Shown here: positions 15,921 to 24,961 of the stretch, piece by piece
How positions within the stretch are numbered: position 1 is the first letter of the stretch
Layout: each line of letters starts with the position of its first letter
NCBI GenBank assembly: GCA_016207275.1
Contig: JACQPY010000012.1
Coordinates: 1,706-65,705 of the forward strand
Reading direction: 5' to 3'
Length of the DNA stretch: 64,000 bases
Origin: Candidatus Kerfeldbacteria bacterium
GTDB taxonomy: Bacteria; Patescibacteriota; Patescibacteriia; SBBC01
Translations under genes and position numbers: made by a program
Notes under the pieces: generated by a model
Databases searched by the model: none
What the model saw: only the letters and a program-made list of their open reading frames with translations
Told to the model about the DNA's origin: nothing

Positions 15921-16475
15921 ATGGCATCATTAAAACAAGCGGTATCTATTATCAAAGCGGGAGGAGTAGTGGCCTATCCAACCGAGTCCTTTTATGCGCT
16001 GGGCGCGGACGCGACGAACCCCGCCGCGATTGCTCGGGTATTTCGCTTAAAAGGGCGGGACAAAAAACCGATCGCCTTGGTCGCATCGGACGAGCAACAA
16101 GTATCCAGGTTTTTTGCAGCTGATAAAGTGGAACGCGAAGTGGCCCGCTGGCATTGGCCAGGCGCGCTGACGATTGTCTTGAAACCAAAGAAGAGATTGG
16201 CAGCCAGCGCGCTTGGGTCACTGCGCATTGGTGTGAGAGTGCCGAAGCACAAGCTCGCGGCGGGGTTAGCCCGCCTGGTTGGAAAACCGATTACCGCGAC
16301 CAGCGCCAATCCGTCTGGCGGGCGGCCGACGAAGTCGGCCCGTCGCGTCCGAGCCTGGTGGCCGAACGTGCCGGTGGTCGCCGGAGCGTGCGGGCGCGCC
16401 ACTAAGCCGTCGACCGTAGTGGCCGTCGACGGTGGACAATTGATAACGTTACGCGCCGGCGCGACAAAAATCTAA
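15921..16475 (+). CDS. tsaC: L-threonylcarbamoyladenylate synthase (YrdC/TsaC family)
   Basis: 184 aa. VVAYPTESFYALGADATNP and KGRDKKPIALV motifs of the YrdC/Sua5 fold. Confidence 0.85.
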   Translation: MASLKQAVSIIKAGGVVAYPTESFYALGADATNPAAIARVFRLKGRDKKPIALVASDEQQVSRFFAADKVEREVARWHWPGALTIVLKPKKRLAASALGSLRIGVRVPKHKLAAGLARLVGKPITATSANPSGGRPTKSARRVRAWWPNVPVVAGACGRATKPSTVVAVDGGQLITLRAGATKI

Positions 16476-16479
16476 AACC

Positions 16480-17628
16480 ATGCGTCCACTATTTCACTTC
16501 CATTATTTTAAAATCCACCTGCCGGTCCAGCTGGAGGAACTGTACCTGACCGCGGCCTTGATGGATTTTGCCGGCGCGGCGATTGCGCTCTTCGAGCCAA
16601 TTTTCCTGTGGACACTCGGCTACGGCATCCGTCAGATCATGATGTTTTACTTGCTGCTCTATGGCGTGTATTTCTTTTTGCTGCCGCTCGGCGGAAAATT
16701 TGTCGCTCGGTTTGGTCCGGAACGGTCGATCATGATCTCGACCATCTGTTTGATCGGGTACTTCTTAGCACTGGTGGGGATTCAAGCCTACTCGATGCTG
16801 TTTATGGTGGCACCGCTGCTGTTTGCGCTGCAGAAAACCTTTTACTGGCCGGCCTACCATTTCGAGTTCATGCGGTATTCGCCGAAGCAAGAACGCGGCC
16901 GCGAGTTTTCCGGCATCTGGACCATCACCACCCTGATGTACGTGCTCGGCCCGGTGACCGGCGGGTTGGTAGTCAAGTTCTTTGGGTTTACGGCCCTGTT
17001 CGTCGGCGCCGCGGCCATTATTTTGTTGTCCAGTCTGCCGCTCTTCGCCACGAAGAACCAGCCCAAACGCGAAGCCTACTCGTACCTGAAGAGTTTGGTG
17101 TTGCCGTTCCGGCGACGGTACCTAAAAAGTACCTTCGGCTACGTTGGTTTGGGCGCCGAATTGATCGGTATGACAGTGTGGCCAATCTTCATCTTTTTGA
17201 TCTACAAGGATTTGTTCAACCTCGGTTTACTGGTCGGCGCGGCCGCTTTGGTGACGGCCGTAACGACGTTGGCGGCCGGTAAGTGGACCGACCGGACGGC
17301 CAAGCGACACGTGCTCACTGTTAGTAGCATCAGCGAAGCGGTCACCTGGCTGCTGCGGATCTTCACCCGCTTCCCGCCGTTTGTCTTCTTGCTTGATGCC
17401 CTCGGTCGGATTACGCACAACAGCGTCTTTGTCAGCTTGACGGCAATGACCTACGATCGGGCGCACGACGATGATTACTCGTGGCACGGCGTGTACTACG
17501 AGCAAGGATTTGCGCTGGGCAAGTCGCTGATGGCCGTGATGGTCATCGGCCTGGCCGCGGCCGGCGATCCGTTCAACGTCGCTTTCTTGCTGGCTAGTTT
17601 GTTTAGCTTCTTGCACCTTGCCTTCTAG
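16480..17628 (+). CDS. MFS-type transporter (about 11-12 TM)
   Basis: 382 aa, highly hydrophobic with repeated TM segments. 4-nt gap after tsaC and 11-nt overlap with rsmA, giving an operon arrangement. Confidence 0.65.
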   Translation: MRPLFHFHYFKIHLPVQLEELYLTAALMDFAGAAIALFEPIFLWTLGYGIRQIMMFYLLLYGVYFFLLPLGGKFVARFGPERSIMISTICLIGYFLALVGIQAYSMLFMVAPLLFALQKTFYWPAYHFEFMRYSPKQERGREFSGIWTITTLMYVLGPVTGGLVVKFFGFTALFVGAAAIILLSSLPLFATKNQPKREAYSYLKSLVLPFRRRYLKSTFGYVGLGAELIGMTVWPIFIFLIYKDLFNLGLLVGAAALVTAVTTLAAGKWTDRTAKRHVLTVSSISEAVTWLLRIFTRFPPFVFLLDALGRITHNSVFVSLTAMTYDRAHDDDYSWHGVYYEQGFALGKSLMAVMVIGLAAAGDPFNVAFLLASLFSFLHLAF

Positions 17629-18454
17629 CCAGCTGGTGGCCAACCGCGCGGCCCTGAAAACCATCCTGGCGCAGTTGGGAATCAGGCCGCGGCGCAGCGC
17701 CGGCCAGCATTTTTTGGTTGACCCTCAAACCGTCGACGACTTAGTTGACGCGGCCGATGTCCGAGCGAGCGAGACCGTCCTCGAGGTTGGTCCGGGCTTG
17801 GGCGTGGTGACTGAGGCACTGGCAAATCGTGGCGCCACGGTACTGGCCATCGAGCTCGATCGAACGCTGGCGGCGTGGTTGACGAGACGGTACCGGGGAC
17901 GTCCAAATATCACCGTTGTTCAAGGTGACATCCGGCGCTGGCGCCTGCCCGAGTATGTCCAGGATGGCCGATACAAAGTGGTCTCGAGTTTGCCGTTCAA
18001 CGTCACCTCGCTCGTCCTGCGCCGGTGGCTTGAGCACCCGCCCCGGCCGACCGTGCTGAGTTTGCTGATCCAGAAGGAAGTGGCTGAACGGGTGACGGCG
18101 CCACCCGGCCGCATGAGCTTGCTGAGCGTATCAGTTCAGTACCTCGGGACGCCGACCATCGTTCGCCCGGTGTCACAAGAACTGTTCTGGCCGCCGCCCG
18201 AGGTTGACGGGGCGGTCATTCGCATCGAGGTCAAGCCGTTGCCGCCGGAAGCCGAACGGAAAAAACTGTGGCGGTTGGCGCGAATCGGCTATTCGGCTCG
18301 ACGAAAAATGTTGTACCGCAACCTGGCGGCTGGATTACGAATCGAGCCGGCCAAGGTTAACGACGCGCTACGGTCGGCGGGTCTTAACGAGGGCTGTCGC
18401 GCCCAAGATGTACGCGTTGAACAGTGGCTAGCGTTGGCCAAAAAGTTACTTTGA
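17618..18454 (+). CDS. rsmA: 16S rRNA (adenine1518/1519-N6)-dimethyltransferase
   Basis: 278 aa. GQHFLVD, VLEVGPGLGVVTEALA (SAM-binding) and LPFNVTS motifs of KsgA/RsmA. Confidence 0.9.
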   Translation: MPSSQLVANRAALKTILAQLGIRPRRSAGQHFLVDPQTVDDLVDAADVRASETVLEVGPGLGVVTEALANRGATVLAIELDRTLAAWLTRRYRGRPNITVVQGDIRRWRLPEYVQDGRYKVVSSLPFNVTSLVLRRWLEHPPRPTVLSLLIQKEVAERVTAPPGRMSLLSVSVQYLGTPTIVRPVSQELFWPPPEVDGAVIRIEVKPLPPEAERKKLWRLARIGYSARRKMLYRNLAAGLRIEPAKVNDALRSAGLNEGCRAQDVRVEQWLALAKKLL

Positions 18455-18479
18455 CGTGAACGCCTAGATGTGCTATAAT
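18451..18479 (+). promoter_or_regulatory. Near-consensus sigma70 promoter TTGACG-17-TATAAT driving the 18499-51169 gene supercluster
   Basis: TTGACG 18451-18456, 17-nt spacer, TATAAT 18474-18479. Same GTGCTATA context as the promoter at 4411. Confidence 0.6.
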
Positions 18480-18498
18480 TTTTGCATAAAATGAAACA

Positions 18499-19209
18499 AT
18501 GGAGCAGCGATTTTCTTCAGAAACTGAACGTCAGCCTGGAGCACCAGATTCAGGTGAATCATTGGAACGCGCGGCTCAACGAAAACGGTTGTTCACCGTC
18601 CTGGCCGCCATCGGTGGGGCGGCCTTAGTACTGGGCGTGGTCGGTTTAGTCAACACGATTACCTCGCCGTTTCCGCGTCCGACCGTGCCGAACACGAACG
18701 GTCAGGAGCGGGTGCTCGAGGAACTGAAGCAACAGGACACGGACGGCGATGGCCTGAAGGACTACGACGAGGTTTTCACGTACCGGACTAGCGCTTTTGT
18801 CCGCGACAGCGACAGCGACGGTTTGTCTGATGGCGACGAAGTGGCGGCGCGAGCCGATCCGAACTGTCCGCCGGGCCAGTCGTGCGGCGCGGTGGCCGTG
18901 ACTAACGTCAACATCAACGGCGTGATCAGCAATCCGACGGCCAGCGCCCTGCGTAAAGCGTTAAAGCAGGCGGGCGCGCCGGCCTACATTATTGACCAGA
19001 CCGACGACCAGACGTTGCTCGAGCAGTACCGTGGCGTCCTGGTCGGCACCAATGCCAACGTCAGCCTTAAGCAAAGCGATTTGACGAACCTTTCAGCGGC
19101 CCAGATTAGGGAGTTGCTCAGATCGAACGGCGTGGCCGACGACGCGTCGCTGGCCCAGATTGATGACGAAACCTTGATTGCCATCTATCAAGATGCCTTG
19201 TCGAATTAA
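18499..19209 (+). CDS. Membrane-anchored protein with thrombospondin type-3-like Ca-binding repeats
   Basis: 236 aa. TM LFTVLAAIGGAALVLGVVGLV. DTDGDGLKDYDE and DSDSDGLSDGDE (DxDxDGxxDxxE) motifs. Confidence 0.55.
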   Translation: MEQRFSSETERQPGAPDSGESLERAAQRKRLFTVLAAIGGAALVLGVVGLVNTITSPFPRPTVPNTNGQERVLEELKQQDTDGDGLKDYDEVFTYRTSAFVRDSDSDGLSDGDEVAARADPNCPPGQSCGAVAVTNVNINGVISNPTASALRKALKQAGAPAYIIDQTDDQTLLEQYRGVLVGTNANVSLKQSDLTNLSAAQIRELLRSNGVADDASLAQIDDETLIAIYQDALSN

Positions 19210-22200
19210 TGCCCGCTGTGAACGTTTATCGAAAAAAGCTGGCGACTAAACCGGGAACTGAGTTGAGCGTCTCTGACGGTCGGGCTTCACGCTCTCCGAC
19301 ACGGCGAACGCTGCCGTACTTCGCCGTACCGTTCGCCACGGTCGTGGTGATTGGCAGCTTGCTGTTGCTGCCGCGCGCCGTGCCAGTTAAAGCTTTCTTC
19401 CCTCCCTTTCTTAATATTGGTCAGGAACTTTCCACGGTAGTCGGGGTTGGTGTTCCGGTTACCGAAACCGGCAGCATTCCCCAGGCCAAGACCAATATCG
19501 TCAATCGGATCCGCGAGCGCCTTAAAGATCTGCTCAAGGTCGCCGGCGACGTCGCCTACAAAACGGGCGTCCGAATTTTCTACCAGCAGCTGACCAACGT
19601 CACCACCGAGTTTATTCGCACCGCCGGCACCGGCCAAAAACCAATTTTCATCACTGATCCGCACTACTGGGAAAAGGTTTTTGACGCCGCCCAGAACGAC
19701 TTTCTCGACTCGGTCGGCAAGCAAGTGTTTGGTATTGAGCTGAGCCGACCGCTCGATGCCGAGAAGGAAAAGCAGATTGGCTTGCTGGTGCGAGGCATTC
19801 TTAACCCCGGCACGGTCTGCGAGGACGACTGCCAGAAGCGGTACAACGAGAAGCAGGTTAGGATTAAAGAAATCCAACAAGACCTCGGCATCGTCAAGCG
19901 CATGGAACCGGATCCGAACGTCGATCCGAACTGTCCGAAGTGCATTCCCTGCCCGATTGCCGGCGACCCGAACAAGAACCCGGCCTGGGATTCAAAAGGT
20001 CAGCAGTTCATTGATAAAAAGAAATGTCAGGCCGTGCTCGGCGACATCCTGTCGATCGAACGCGCTCAAGTGACCAGGGACTACACCAACTGTACGAACT
20101 CATGCCGGCGGCAACGCGGGGCCGTCCGGACCGACCCGATCCTGAAAGAAGTCGTCGGCAACGAAGCCGTCGCCGCCGCGGTCCAGGAGTACTACGATCC
20201 GCGAAAGAACGACTTCGGCAACATCCTGGCGGTTCTCAACAAGGCGGCTGACCGAAGTCAGAGCGCCGTCCGCGCTGAACAGACTGCTTTCGGGACAAAC
20301 ATCGCGCCGAGCCGAACGACCGCCGGCATCATCACGGCCCCGGCCGTGTTGGTGGAAGAACGTGCCAAGAAGGCGCTTCAAACGGCGACCAACGACGTTG
20401 ACATCGTCACCGGCTCGCGAATTGCCGACGTGATCAGCAAGGCGATCGGCAACGCCTTGATCCAACGGATCACTCGCGAGTGGTTTAATCGCAAGTGCGG
20501 CTTAAACCCGGACGCCTGCCGTCAGCCGGTCGGCACGTCGCCACAAGCGAGGTTCTTGTTTGGCAACCAACCGGCCCAGCTGGCCGCCGACATCAAACCT
20601 GTCCAGATTGGTCGTAATGATATTGTCCTGGGCGAGCCGTCGCGGAATCCCGTGCCGACCGCGGACATCCTGGAAGCGAGTGGTTTGATCGATTCGCGAT
20701 TTCGACAGGCCATTGAACAGCGACTGACAGTTCGCGAAGCACTCGACCAGGGCTTTCTCGACGCGACTCGGACCTTTGGGTATGACCGGGAAGGTAAGGA
20801 GCCGCTCGATGGCTACCCCTACCAGAGCATTTTGTACTTGAAAAAGTCGCGAATCGTGCCGGTCGGTTGGCAACTAGTAGCCGAATACATCCGTCAAGCT
20901 GAACCTCAGGACACCAGCCTTGGTGAGCTGATTAACCAATTCTCGATGTGCGGTCAGGATGCTGCGCATGACGCTGATCCAGCAGCCACCAAAGCCTGCT
21001 CAAATAATCGAACGCAAGTTTGTGCGGCTGACAGAGACTGTACGCCGACGCCGGGCGGAACGTGTCTCTCGACGACGAGTACGTGTGTTGGTGGTCCGCA
21101 GCCGGGCGCGGCTTGTACGTCTGACGTTGACTGTGCGTTTCCTGCTCCGACGTGTATGGAAACCTACTCACCGAGTCCATTCTGCGGCTTAGTCGATCCA
21201 GACTGGGTCTTGAAAGCGCCACTGACCTACTGCCGTAAGCAAGGTGCCGGCGAAGAATTAGTGACCAGGATTTTCCTGTGCGACGAAGATACCAACGCCA
21301 ACGGCCGGATTGACTGCAGCGAGGGTGTCGGCGGCGGCGACATCGGCCATTTTGAAATTCAACGCAAAGACGAGGTCTGTGTCGATGAGCCGACCTGCGT
21401 GGCCGAGAATGAAGACGGTTCGTGCTTGTCGTATGGGTACTGCTTCCAGGATCGTCGCACGTTCAGGTTCGACGGCGACCGCTGTCCCTCGTACTACGCC
21501 TCGTGTCAGGCCTACGCCGATCCGGATGGCAACAGCGTGTCCTTTCTCAAAAAGACGATCGACGTCAATGGCTGCTCGTCGGACAGTGCCGGTTGCAGCG
21601 CTTTCTGCAGCGACCGGCGCGACAAGGACGGCAGTTGGCTGTGCACGTCCGATCCTGGCCGCGATCCGGCCGTGGCCGCCGCGGCGACCAAGTGTCCGGT
21701 CGGCGAAACCTGCACGTGTCGATTGCCGAGCGGTGAGACCTGCACGGTCGGCAACGGCACAGATAATTGCACCACTAATTCTGGCGCCCGCTGTACGCTG
21801 GGCGCGAACTACAGCTACTTCGACCGCGACGTTGAAGTCTGCAGTGAAACCGACGCCGGTTGCCGGGAATTCATTGACGCGAATGGCTCTGCGAACCTGC
21901 TCGCCAACGGCGGCTTCGAGCTCTTCGAGGGTACGGCTGATGACAGCGGCGCGGCCGCCGACGACGTGGTCAAAGGCTGGGGCGGCGTGACGGCATTTAT
22001 CAGTACCTCGCATGCCCAAGTCGTGACGTCGGACCTGGGGGTGACGAACAATAACAAGTCGGCTGTCCGCCTGCCGGCCACGGGCGGCTCGACGCAGGGG
22101 CTGGTTTTCACCAACGACCGGCCGTCGAATACGCCGGCCCGGCAAGGTATTGATACCGGGCGGCCGCTCAGCTTCCGGACGTTTACCTTGTCGTACTACG

Positions 22201-24959
22201 GTCGGGCAGAAAATCCTGGCACCTCGTGCAGCGGCGCCTACGGACTACGGGCGGCCAACTCCTCATATGTAACCAGTGACAACGCCGTCTACACGCCAAC
22301 CTGGACGCGATTCTCGACCGTCATCACCTGGCCTGATCGCGGGTACGACAACAACCCAGACAACCACGTGGTTCAGGCCTTCGTCGAGGCTTCGTCGGAT
22401 TGCAACGTGCTGATTGATAACGTTCAGTTGGAAGCGGCCGACCAGGTAAGTGCCTACGCCGACTACGGGACGGCCAACCTCATCTACCTCAATGCTGATC
22501 GCCGGACCTGCGACCGGGTCGACGTCGGCTGTGAGAAGTACACGCCTGTGACCGGCGGCGGCGAGGCGATCACCGGCGTAGTCAATACGAAAGACCGCTG
22601 CTCGGCTGAGGTGGTTGGCTGCAAGCAGTACCGGAAAGAAGCGATCGATCACATACCCTTCCGAGCGGCAGTTGACCCGCTTAACCTCGTGCCGACGTCA
22701 GCCCGACAGTGCCGGGCCGACCAGGTCGGCTGCGAAGAGTACACCAACCTCGACGTCTTGGCCCAAGGCGGCGAAGCGCGGGAGTTTTTTACGGCCATCC
22801 GCCAGTGCGTCAAACCGGTGACCGGCGCGGCCGACCAGGCGACCTACTTTACTTGGGTCGGTGATGACCGGACTGGCTTCCAGCTCAAGTCGTTCCGCTT
22901 GAAGCAGTCCAACGTCGACGGCGGTCCTTGCACGAACATCGCCTTGGGCACCTCAACCAGTGACAACAACCCAGCCTGCGTCGATGCGGGTGGGGCCAAC
23001 TCGAACATCGCCCAGTGCGATCCGGCCGACGTCGGCGTTAATCCGGACTGCGCGCAGTACTTTGATAGCAGCGGCAATGTTTTCCACCGCCGGCAGAGCC
23101 GAACCGTTCCAGTCAGCGACGATTGCCATCCCTACCGTAATACCATTGATGAACGCAATAACCAGTCGAACGTGTACCTGGTGCTGGCCAGAGAGAGCAC
23201 CACCTGCGCCGCCGAAGCCGCCGAGTGTCGCGCGTTTACCGGCAACGCTGGCAGTAACACTCGGGTGATAGTCAGTTATAATTTTGAGAACTCCAACGCG
23301 GTCTCGGCCGACTGGCAATACGTCGGCGCCGGTTCGAACGTCAGTCCCAGCCCGGCCAGCGTCTCGGCCGGCGGCAAGTCGATGAGCGCGACCGGCACCG
23401 TCGCCACCCAAGACCACGTTCTCCAAGACAAGCTGCAGCAGAACAAGAGCTACACACTGTCGTTCTGGGCCAGTCCGGATTCGGCCACGACGCTCGATGC
23501 CTACCTGCTGATTAACGGCACCGTCACGCGTCCGATCGTCACCAGCCTTAACCTGGCGTCGGAGTGGCACCCGTACACCGTTGGTCCGGTAACGGTCGAC
23601 GTTGATCCGCAGGGTGTGCCGGTCCAGCTGCGACTGACCCTCCGCGACGGCAGTGGCAACCCGGCCACCGCCTACCTTGACAACCTCCAACTGCGCGAGA
23701 TCACCGACAGTCTATTCCTGATTGATAATTCCTTCCGGACTTGCGCTGATGCCGATCTCGGCTGCGAAGCCTACGTTGACCGGGCCAATGCCCGACACAA
23801 CCTTAAGAGCTTTACCCGTTTGTGCAGCCCCGACGTGCTTGGTTGCAGCGCCCTGATCGACACCCAGAATTCGTCGAGTCCCTTCCTCAGCCTGCCTTTG
23901 CGCGGCGTCCAGGTGCCGGCCGACGCGACCGTGAGCTTGGTCAACGAAAAAAATGCCCAGTGCTCGGCTGACGCGAAAGGCTGTACGGCGTTTGGTCAGC
24001 CGACGCTCAACGTCAGCAAGCGGGTGGGCGCATTCCAGACGGTTTACCTCAAGGATCAACCAGACAAGCACCTGCAGATTCTCTGTACCGCCAATGAACT
24101 GTCGTGCACCGAGTACACGGCCGACAGCGGCAGCAAAGAGTACTTTAAGAATCCCGGCGCGCAGACCTGCGAATTCAAACGGTTGACCGGTGACACCGGC
24201 TACCATTGGTACATCACGGGGACGACGTTCCGCTGCCCGGTGAATACGCCGCCGACCGATGGCCTGCCGACCGGCCGGGCTTGCGTCAAGACCTGCACGG
24301 GCGGCGAACGAGGCGGCTTGGCCTGCGTCAGTAACAACGATTGTCTAGAAGCAGTCGGCATCTGCAGCAGCGGCATTTGCCAGGGCGGCGGCGCCAATGA
24401 CGGGACCAGTTGCTCAGCTAACAGCGACTGCCTGGAAACCGCGAGCTGCACCGGCGACGATGCCGTAGTCGGACGAACCTGTCGGATCAACGCTGATTGC
24501 GGCGGCGGCCTGACCTGCGACAGTTGGGTTGGCAGCTGCCCGGAAGAACAAAGCGGCTGCAACGAGTATCGTGATCCCTCGGATCCAAAGTCCTGTCGGA
24601 CTAACTGCCCGCTGGAACTGTCCGGCGGCAAGCCGCTGTACGTCGATGATTCGTGTCAGCCGACGGTATGCCGCGGCGGAAAGAAGGACGGCGATTCCTG
24701 CCGTGATAACTCCGACTGTCCCGGCGTCTGCTCGAATGCCGCCCTGGCCTGCACCTCGTCGTCACAGTGTCCAAGCGGCGGGACGTGTTCGACCGCGACC
24801 TGTTCGGGCGAGGGAATTCCCGGCTGCCGTTCGTACTACTACTTAAAGCAAACGATCGAGCAGAATGCGGCCGAATGCAATGGTCGCGTTGACATTGCTA
24901 ACGGCTGCCGACCGTTCAACGACACGTCGAACCAGACCCTTAACTTCCGAGCGTTCTAA
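19209..24959 (+). CDS. Giant (1916 aa) secreted/membrane-anchored cysteine-rich surface protein with repeated C-x-[AST]-[DN]-x-D-C-x(3-6)-C modules
   Basis: N-terminal TM (YFAVPFATVVVIGSLLLL). Dozens of Cys in repeated disulfide-type motifs (CVSNNDCLEAVGIC, CSANSDCLETASC, CRINADCGGGLTC, CRDNSDCPGVC, CAADRDCTPTPGGTC). Start is adjacent to the upstream stop. Confidence 0.7.
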   Translation: MPAVNVYRKKLATKPGTELSVSDGRASRSPTRRTLPYFAVPFATVVVIGSLLLLPRAVPVKAFFPPFLNIGQELSTVVGVGVPVTETGSIPQAKTNIVNRIRERLKDLLKVAGDVAYKTGVRIFYQQLTNVTTEFIRTAGTGQKPIFITDPHYWEKVFDAAQNDFLDSVGKQVFGIELSRPLDAEKEKQIGLLVRGILNPGTVCEDDCQKRYNEKQVRIKEIQQDLGIVKRMEPDPNVDPNCPKCIPCPIAGDPNKNPAWDSKGQQFIDKKKCQAVLGDILSIERAQVTRDYTNCTNSCRRQRGAVRTDPILKEVVGNEAVAAAVQEYYDPRKNDFGNILAVLNKAADRSQSAVRAEQTAFGTNIAPSRTTAGIITAPAVLVEERAKKALQTATNDVDIVTGSRIADVISKAIGNALIQRITREWFNRKCGLNPDACRQPVGTSPQARFLFGNQPAQLAADIKPVQIGRNDIVLGEPSRNPVPTADILEASGLIDSRFRQAIEQRLTVREALDQGFLDATRTFGYDREGKEPLDGYPYQSILYLKKSRIVPVGWQLVAEYIRQAEPQDTSLGELINQFSMCGQDAAHDADPAATKACSNNRTQVCAADRDCTPTPGGTCLSTTSTCVGGPQPGAACTSDVDCAFPAPTCMETYSPSPFCGLVDPDWVLKAPLTYCRKQGAGEELVTRIFLCDEDTNANGRIDCSEGVGGGDIGHFEIQRKDEVCVDEPTCVAENEDGSCLSYGYCFQDRRTFRFDGDRCPSYYASCQAYADPDGNSVSFLKKTIDVNGCSSDSAGCSAFCSDRRDKDGSWLCTSDPGRDPAVAAAATKCPVGETCTCRLPSGETCTVGNGTDNCTTNSGARCTLGANYSYFDRDVEVCSETDAGCREFIDANGSANLLANGGFELFEGTADDSGAAADDVVKGWGGVTAFISTSHAQVVTSDLGVTNNNKSAVRLPATGGSTQGLVFTNDRPSNTPARQGIDTGRPLSFRTFTLSYYGRAENPGTSCSGAYGLRAANSSYVTSDNAVYTPTWTRFSTVITWPDRGYDNNPDNHVVQAFVEASSDCNVLIDNVQLEAADQVSAYADYGTANLIYLNADRRTCDRVDVGCEKYTPVTGGGEAITGVVNTKDRCSAEVVGCKQYRKEAIDHIPFRAAVDPLNLVPTSARQCRADQVGCEEYTNLDVLAQGGEAREFFTAIRQCVKPVTGAADQATYFTWVGDDRTGFQLKSFRLKQSNVDGGPCTNIALGTSTSDNNPACVDAGGANSNIAQCDPADVGVNPDCAQYFDSSGNVFHRRQSRTVPVSDDCHPYRNTIDERNNQSNVYLVLARESTTCAAEAAECRAFTGNAGSNTRVIVSYNFENSNAVSADWQYVGAGSNVSPSPASVSAGGKSMSATGTVATQDHVLQDKLQQNKSYTLSFWASPDSATTLDAYLLINGTVTRPIVTSLNLASEWHPYTVGPVTVDVDPQGVPVQLRLTLRDGSGNPATAYLDNLQLREITDSLFLIDNSFRTCADADLGCEAYVDRANARHNLKSFTRLCSPDVLGCSALIDTQNSSSPFLSLPLRGVQVPADATVSLVNEKNAQCSADAKGCTAFGQPTLNVSKRVGAFQTVYLKDQPDKHLQILCTANELSCTEYTADSGSKEYFKNPGAQTCEFKRLTGDTGYHWYITGTTFRCPVNTPPTDGLPTGRACVKTCTGGERGGLACVSNNDCLEAVGICSSGICQGGGANDGTSCSANSDCLETASCTGDDAVVGRTCRINADCGGGLTCDSWVGSCPEEQSGCNEYRDPSDPKSCRTNCPLELSGGKPLYVDDSCQPTVCRGGKKDGDSCRDNSDCPGVCSNAALACTSSSQCPSGGTCSTATCSGEGIPGCRSYYYLKQTIEQNAAECNGRVDIANGCRPFNDTSNQTLNFRAF

Positions 24960-24961
24960 CT

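Noticed and set aside
21258-22145. 295-aa ORF on the minus strand (and many similar 60-300 aa antisense ORFs throughout 19209-34763, for example 22953-23690 and 23712-24206)
   Set aside because: They lie antisense inside a well-supported giant coding region of ~60-65% GC, where long stop-free antisense frames are expected by chance. Translations are Arg/Ala/Gly-rich low-complexity with no motifs.
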